This document shows, in pieces, positions 60,001 through 64,000 of a stretch of DNA of 64,000 nucleotides. The translations under genes and the position numbers were made by a program. Origin of the DNA: Octopus sinensis (lineage: Eukaryota); the NCBI RefSeq assembly GCF_006345805.1, contig NC_042997.1, positions 189,038,001-189,102,000 on the forward strand, written 5' to 3'. Numbering within the stretch: the first letter of the stretch is position 1; every line of letters starts with the position of its first letter. A model generated the notes under the pieces. It was not told the origin of the DNA. It saw only the letters and a list, made by a program, of their open reading frames with translations, and ran no database searches.

Positions 60001-62910
60001 TCTAGATGTTTATTTGGGTTTTGTTGTATCTGGGGAGAGTCATTTTCTTTATATGCCTTATAATATAACACACTCACCGGAAAAATATCCACTTATTTTT
60101 ATTTTTATTTTCCTAAAATTTTCGTTGCGTCTTGCAACTTTTTCAATAGTCTTTTAGGAAAATAAAAATAAGAAATAAGTGGAAATTTTACTGGTGAGTG
60201 TGTTACATTATAAGGCACAGAAAGAAAATTACTCTCCCCAGACACAACAGATATGCTTCAACATACAAACTCATATAAAGGATCATGCAAACCAAATCTA
60301 AAAACGAAATATTTGGGTTTTATTATTCTAATAAATTAGATATGCAGAACAGCTTTTTATATAATGGTCTTTAAGAGGAATTTTATATAAGACATTTAGT
60401 TTGGATGATAGAATGCTAGAAAAAATATGCTTTGTATCTCCATGGGAATAGTCTCATGAATTTATAAATAAAATACAATTGACCATAAATAGTGGGTTAC
60501 TCAGAGGTAAAAGTGTAATAGAGATTCCTTGTTGCTTGTGATGTGGATAAATTGCTTTCAATTTTGATGTATCAAATTAAATCCATCAAGAGACAGATTT
60601 ACAAGAATGAAAAAATATTTTGGCTGAAAGGAAGGACACAATTTGGATGTTATTCATACTTCAAATTTTTACAAAAGATAGCATTATAAAGAGCTAACCT
60701 AGTGTTCCACATTATCTAGTTTGATGCTGCACAGTTTAAGTGAAGATCATGTCAGAGTCTATTCCAAGGTTAATAGAATGTCCCAATAATGTACAGAGCT
60801 GTTCAGTATGCCCTATTATCATTATAATATACTTATTCTCAATACAGTAGCAAGGAAGATAAGTTCTTTGTGAATTGAATTGCCTCATTTTGATTTTAGT
60901 ATTTTAGTCAGGAATTGGTCGATTTATGTCAGTAATGCAAATCTTAATTACTAATATACTCCTCACCCAGTAACTTGAGACTGCATGTTGTTATTGTTGT
61001 TGTCATTTGATATGATAAGGAAGGAATGGATTTCTTATGAAGTATTTTTTTCTTTTGTAGCCTATCATTGCACCAACACGTTACAGAAATAATCGCCAGC
61101 GCACAATATCGGAAAGCAGCAATGTCAGTAATGGCAGTGCCAATAGTGTCAAAATGGCATCACCAAAGAAAACAAATAATGTTTCCAAACCTGTAACTGT
61201 AAGTAAAACAGAAAAATTCCTGTCCTATTTGATAAGGTAGTTTATTATGGGATACAAATTTATGTAGGTTTTAAATTGTTTTATATTTCACCATATTCAC
61301 TTGGATTATTAGGAAAATGCAAGAACCTATCTGTTCACTTTGTATGTTTGGGGTCAGGTGGAATAGGAGATCCTTAAATCATAAACAGGTAGGGAATAAC
61401 ATCGGGAAGGGCATCCAGCTGTGAAAAAGACAATGCCTCAGTAACATATTTGTGTAAGCCATGCTAACATAAAAAAACAATTGTAGTCCTGTGCCAGTGG
61501 CACGTAAAAAGTACCCACTACTCTCTTGGAGTGGTTGGCGTTAGGAAGGGCATCCAGATGTAGAAACTCTGCCAGATCAAGATTGGAGCCTGGTGCAGCC
61601 ATCTGGTTTGCCAACCCTCAGTCAAAATCGTCCAACCCATGCTAGCATGGAAAGCGGACGTTAAACGATGATGATGATGATCTACTGAACAGAGTATGCA
61701 TTTGGGTGAACTTTTAGAGCAGGTTCTTTATAGCTAGATGTCCTTTCCATTGATAACCATTTAATGATTTGTCCTCCCACCCATGCTAACATGGAACACG
61801 GACATTAAATGATGATGATGATAATTATAATTTTTGCATACAACTTCAATAAAAGCTTTATGGTGAAATTTGCATTTAGCATTATAAACATTTACAGTAA
61901 CTCTGTCATTATTTATATGTTTGACTGGAGGTTATGTAGAAAGCTCTTTTAGTAGGTGTAGATGGCAAATAGAAGCTTTCAAAATCTAGAGTGAAAGGTA
62001 TTACAGTTTTGGGGTTAAAGATACATACAAAAGACTGTAAAAATGAAGATGTCATCATCATCATTATCATCATCATTATCATCGTTTAACGTCTGCTTTC
62101 CATGCTAGCATGGGTTGGACGATTTGACTGAGGACTGGCGAACTAGATGGCTGCACCAGGCTCCAATCTTGATCTAGCAGAGTTTCTACAGCTGGATGCC
62201 CTTCCTAACGCCAACCACTCTGAGAGTGTAGAGTATGCTTTTACGTGCCACCGGCACAGGGGCCAGTCAGGCAGTTCTGGCAACGACCTCGCTCGAATCT
62301 TTTTACACATGCCATCGGCACAGGTGCCAGTAAGGCGATGCTGGTAACGATCACACTTGAATGGTGCCTTTTACGTGCCACCGGCACGGAAGCCAGTTAG
62401 CTGCTCTGGCAATGATCACACTCGGGTGGTGCTCTTAGCACCCTACTAGCATGGGGCCACTGCTGTAAATTATCAATTCTGTAGTAAGTCAGAAGTAGTT
62501 GCCCAAAGATGCCAGAAATCTAATAAATATTTTAAAATAATTTTATTTAATTTTTCAAAGAAAAAGAAACAAAATAAAATAAATATTAAAATTATCCTTC
62601 ACATCCAATGATAAATATATTTTGACTATTTATAGTAAGCTCTTTGCTTTACCAAATATATTTCCTATTCTAGTATTCCAACAGGGTTCTAGTTGTTATT
62701 GCAATCTTTATTATGGACAATACTTTTTCCAGCATTAAGGATTAAAACTTCAATCTCCATTTATAACAGTACTATTAACAATAACGATACCTTGAAATCT
62801 CATTACTTCAGGGAGAGACCAAGGGTTGGTGGAATAGTTTGAATATATTCAGTCAACTTGGAAGGCAGAAGAAGAATGAAATGATACTTCCTGAAGATAA
62901 AAATCCTGCT
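16010..62910 (+). CDS. SEC16: SEC16 (protein transport protein Sec16A-like), partial multi-exon CDS; N-terminal and last exons lie outside the window
   Basis: 21 AG/GT-bounded exons join with matching phases into 2810 nt without stops. Recognisable Sec16 motifs: ERPSSR; [36 protein letters not shown]; [20 protein letters not shown]; [12 protein letters not shown]; [27 protein letters not shown]; [20 protein letters not shown]; [14 protein letters not shown]; [15 protein letters not shown]; KIVLIGSSH; [12 protein letters not shown]; [16 protein letters not shown]. Confidence 0.95.
17196..18447 (+). mobile_element. Full-length but pseudogenised mariner transposon (~1.25 kb)
   Basis: TIRs TCAGGTCATTAAGAATG / CATTCTTAATGACCTGA with TA TSDs. 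[14 protein letters not shown] and YSLDLAP motifs are split by stops and frameshifts. Confidence 0.92.
20812..20832 (+). CDS. SEC16: SEC16 21-nt microexon (GRRYHRK)
   Basis: ttgcag / GCCGCAGGTATCATAGGAAAG / gtatgt; phase 1-1; Arg/Tyr-rich like the flanking exons. Confidence 0.6.
23539..23662 (+). CDS. SEC16: SEC16 exon ([42 protein letters not shown])
   Basis: ttttgctag acceptor, gtgagt donor; 124 nt, phase 1-2. Confidence 0.85.
26681..27226 (-). mobile_element. 447-bp hammerhead-containing unit present as a 1.2-mer (99-bp terminal direct repeats), inserted at a TA microsatellite
   Basis: Direct repeats 26681-26779 and 27128-27226; internal HHR at 26868-26940. Confidence 0.8.
26868..26940 (-). 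ncRNA. Minimal type I hammerhead ribozyme motif with palindromic stem III
   Basis: Minus strand reads AATGCAG-CTGATGA-a-GACT..TCAAAT..ATTTGA..AGTC-a-GAAA-CCGGT-C-CTGCATT: perfect 7-bp stem I, ACCGGT palindrome, GUC cleavage site. Confidence 0.8.
27275..29867 (+). repeat. Family B copy with a 2.4-kb expanded composite minisatellite
   Basis: Modules starting GACCCGGCA(A/G)GACTAGTCAG at 27275, 27548, 28122, 28472, 28838 and 29115; pure 61-bp units ~29387-29690; (GAT)n tail. Confidence 0.9.
30307..30423 (+). CDS. SEC16: SEC16 exon ([38 protein letters not shown])
   Basis: ttttcag acceptor, gtaagt donor; 117 nt, phase 2-2. Confidence 0.85.
33741..33826 (+). CDS. SEC16: SEC16 exon ([28 protein letters not shown])
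   Basis: tttatag acceptor, gtaaaa donor; 86 nt, phase 2-1. Confidence 0.85.
34286..34518 (+). mobile_element. tRNA-derived SINE, family C (GGCGGTGAGCTGGCAGAA head)
   Basis: Related copies at ~56500-56730 (+), 63059-63250 (+), 38105-38282 (-) and 42030-42215 (-); B box GAGTTCAAAT. Confidence 0.8.
34608..34812 (+). CDS. SEC16: SEC16 exon, start of the central conserved domain ([13 protein letters not shown]...FPGPLI)
   Basis: ttccag acceptor (in-frame alternative acceptor 9 nt downstream, exon start 34617), gtatgt donor; 205 nt. Confidence 0.95.
35370..35508 (+). CDS. SEC16: SEC16 exon ([11 protein letters not shown]...LLIKQNG)
   Basis: ttccag / gtaagt; 139 nt, phase 2-0. Confidence 0.95.
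37174..37372 (+). mobile_element. 179-bp unit bounded by 20-bp direct repeats, containing a 31-bp hairpin and a decayed HHR core
   Basis: GCATACATTCACATCTGGTT at 37174 and 37353; hairpin 37183-37252; CTGATGA at 37260 and GAAAC at 37318. Confidence 0.6.
38502..38744 (+). CDS. SEC16: SEC16 exon ([12 protein letters not shown]...[11 protein letters not shown])
   Basis: ttttcag / gtatat; 243 nt, phase 0-0. Confidence 0.95.
38868..39237 (-). mobile_element. SINE family A copy
   Basis: Reverse-complement match to 30-462. Confidence 0.85.
39962..40160 (+). repeat. Interspersed repeat also present twice, inverted, at ~60018-60310
   Basis: Shared TTAGGAAAATAAAAATAAGAAATAAGTGGAAATTTTAC..CTCTCCCCAGACACAACAGA. 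Confidence 0.75.
40402..40499 (+). CDS. SEC16: SEC16 exon ([32 protein letters not shown])
   Basis: poly-T acag / gtatgt; 98 nt. Confidence 0.95.
42705..42789 (+). CDS. SEC16: SEC16 exon ([28 protein letters not shown])
   Basis: attag / gtaagt; 85 nt. Confidence 0.95.
42913..43030 (+). CDS. SEC16: SEC16 exon ([20 protein letters not shown]...LGDTL)
   Basis: acacag / gtaagt; 118 nt. Confidence 0.95.
43076..43745 (-). mobile_element. Two adjacent copies of tRNA-derived SINE family D
   Basis: ~43076-43402 and ~43413-43745; minus-strand head GCATGGCTCAGTGGTTAGAG..GAGTTCGATTCC; fragment at ~56915-57017. Confidence 0.8.
44812..44923 (+). CDS. SEC16: SEC16 exon ([17 protein letters not shown]...IVLIGSSH)
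   Basis: ctcttgcag / gtaata; 112 nt. Confidence 0.95.
44962..45323 (-). mobile_element. SINE family A copy
   Basis: Reverse-complement match to 30-462, with an internal deletion. Confidence 0.85.
45407..45512 (+). CDS. SEC16: SEC16 exon ([35 protein letters not shown])
   Basis: ttcctag / gtaagt; 106 nt. Confidence 0.95.
46171..46224 (+). CDS. SEC16: SEC16 exon ([18 protein letters not shown])
   Basis: tttttag / gtaggt; 54 nt. Confidence 0.93.
46949..47035 (+). CDS. SEC16: SEC16 exon ([29 protein letters not shown])
   Basis: ttctacag / gtaagt; 87 nt. Confidence 0.93.
47163..47600 (-). mobile_element. Mariner 3' fragment
   Basis: [22 protein letters not shown] (YSPDLAPSDY motif); TIR-like TTGGGTCATCCCATAAATAAT after TA. 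Confidence 0.8.
47858..47962 (+). CDS. SEC16: SEC16 exon ([11 protein letters not shown]...[16 protein letters not shown])
   Basis: tttgtag / gttagt; 105 nt. Confidence 0.9.
48250..48641 (-). mobile_element. Non-autonomous Helitron (392 bp)
   Basis: Minus strand A|TCTCTATATATAATG ... CCCAAGCAACGCCGGG hairpin ..CTAG|T. Confidence 0.75.
48756..49128 (+). CDS. SEC16: SEC16 exon, Gln-rich low-complexity linker ([13 protein letters not shown]...QQQFHGNA)
   Basis: ttcacag / gtaaat; 373 nt, phase 0-1; lies within ORF 48738..49181. Confidence 0.9.
51225..52505 (-). mobile_element. 5'-truncated, frameshifted RLE-type non-LTR retrotransposon (HERO/NeSL-like)
   Basis: Minus-strand ORF fragments: [38 protein letters not shown] (post-RT thumb), [35 protein letters not shown] (Zn knuckle/RH motif), [11 protein letters not shown] (RLE end). 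More GC-rich than its flanks. Confidence 0.85.
51268..51332 (-). ncRNA. Putative non-circularly permuted hammerhead in the LINE 3' UTR
   Basis: Minus strand reads GGGTGT-A-TGATGT..gactc-GAAACACTC..ACATCA-CTGAAGA-tgtatc. Stems III and I each form 6 bp; stem II is weak. Confidence 0.55.
52809..52946 (+). CDS. SEC16: SEC16 exon ([17 protein letters not shown]...RIHAPQ)
   Basis: tttatag / gtaaga; 138 nt, phase 1-1. Confidence 0.85.
54355..54623 (+). CDS. SEC16: SEC16 exon ([10 protein letters not shown]...[12 protein letters not shown])
   Basis: ttttatag acceptor (in-frame alternative acceptor 6 nt downstream), gtgagc donor; 269 nt, phase 1-0; FDYF motif. Confidence 0.85.
58045..58520 (-). mobile_element. 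SINE family A copy with an insertion in its microsatellite
   Basis: Reverse-complement match to 30-462. Confidence 0.85.
61061..61198 (+). CDS. SEC16: SEC16 exon ([20 protein letters not shown]...KPVT)
   Basis: ttttgtag / gtaagt; 138 nt, phase 0-0. Confidence 0.85.
62812..62910 (+). CDS. SEC16: SEC16 exon, start of the C-terminal conserved region ([33 protein letters not shown])
   Basis: cttcag / gtaagt; 99 nt; resembles the W(F/W)...KK.E..LP(D/E)DKN motif of Sec16A. Confidence 0.9.
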
Positions 62911-64000
62911 GTAAGTTGCATTAATTATTTATCCTTAGACAGTTTTAAAATTATGTTACAATTTTTTCTCTGGCATGTAGCTGAAGCCAATTAAAGATAA
63001 CTAATTTTTAATGTCTCTTCATCAAATTAGCTAAGTATTTGAATATTTATCAAGTCCAAGGTGGTGAGCTGGCAGAATTGTTAGCATGCTGGGCAAAATG
63101 CTTAGCAGTATTTTGTCCTTCATTAAGTTCTGAGTTCAAATTCTGCCAAGGTTGATGCTGCCTTTCATCCTTTCAGGGTTGATAAAATTGATGTAATCAA
63201 ATTAACCCCTCCTCTGAAATTGATGGTCTTGTGCCAACATTTAAAACCAATATTGATCAAGTCCTGTTTTGATTTGGTTGTTTTCATCACAATAAAATAA
63301 AAATGAAATCAAAAGAAATTTTAAGGCCTTTATATATAAATAATTAAACTTTTTGTTATACAATGATTTGTATACTCTCACCTCTAGAAACCTGATAATT
63401 TAAGAGTTGTACTAACAGTTATGATATTAAAATATGACAAGAGTTGTTAGATTATTTTTTTTTAATTAATAAAAACTTTGCTCTTATTTCATTTTTCCTC
63501 TTTAACCCTTTTGTTACACATGGTATTTTGGTATGTGTAGCCAAAAAGGCCGAAGTTTTTTTTTCTGTTGAGATTGAATTTGATGGGTGCATGTAGAAAA
63601 CAAGGGATAAAGTGCTTAAAACTACTTTATTAGTATGTAAAACTATATATATATATATTATATAGTTTGATATTATATCTACTGAAAGACAATCATGGGT
63701 AGACTCTAACACTTCAAAACATGTGTTTCCTTGGACCAATGGAACGACTTCAAAGTCCTTTCAGCTTGTCTCACTTGGACCGATCAATTGGGTGTTGCAA
63801 AAAGGGTTAGATACAATCTTTCAGTTATATTTCATTTTTGGAATGAATACTTTTCTAATAAAAATTCAAATTGAAATACTTGTTTTATTTTGATGAGAAG
63901 CATCTAGTTGTCAAAGCTGATAAATTTGGTAACCAATTTTTTAACAATTTTTCATAGATTGTTGAAGAGAGAACTGAAGATGTATTCATGTTAATTTTTT

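Overview
AT-rich eukaryotic DNA full of microsatellites and SINEs. The repeat families resemble those of octopod cephalopods (probably Octopus; inferred from repeat content only). The window covers the middle of one + strand, intron-rich gene, a SEC16 (ER exit-site/COPII scaffold) orthologue. I spliced 21 phase-compatible exons by hand from 16010 to 62910 (2810 nt, no stops). They encode the Arg/Tyr-rich region, the central conserved domain, a Gln-rich linker and the start of the C-terminal conserved motif; several further candidate microexons are listed. The introns hold tRNA-derived SINEs, an abundant (GAT)n-tailed VNTR-bearing repeat, decayed mariner/Tc1 copies, two non-autonomous Helitrons and a truncated RLE-type (HERO/NeSL-like) LINE. 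The main unexpected result is a set of hammerhead ribozyme (HHR) motifs in at least five different non-coding elements: (i) a 4.7-copy ~543-bp tandem array with one minimal type I HHR per unit (retrozyme-like); (ii) a 447-bp 1.2-mer with a clean minimal HHR; (iii) an apparently non-circularly permuted HHR in the 3' UTR of the HERO-like LINE; and (iv) decayed or variant HHRs at about 6.1-6.4, 37.3 and 49.8 kb. The intact-looking ones are all antisense to SEC16. Nearly all ORFs in the supplied track are spurious readings of repeats. All structures were paired by eye and none is experimentally tested.
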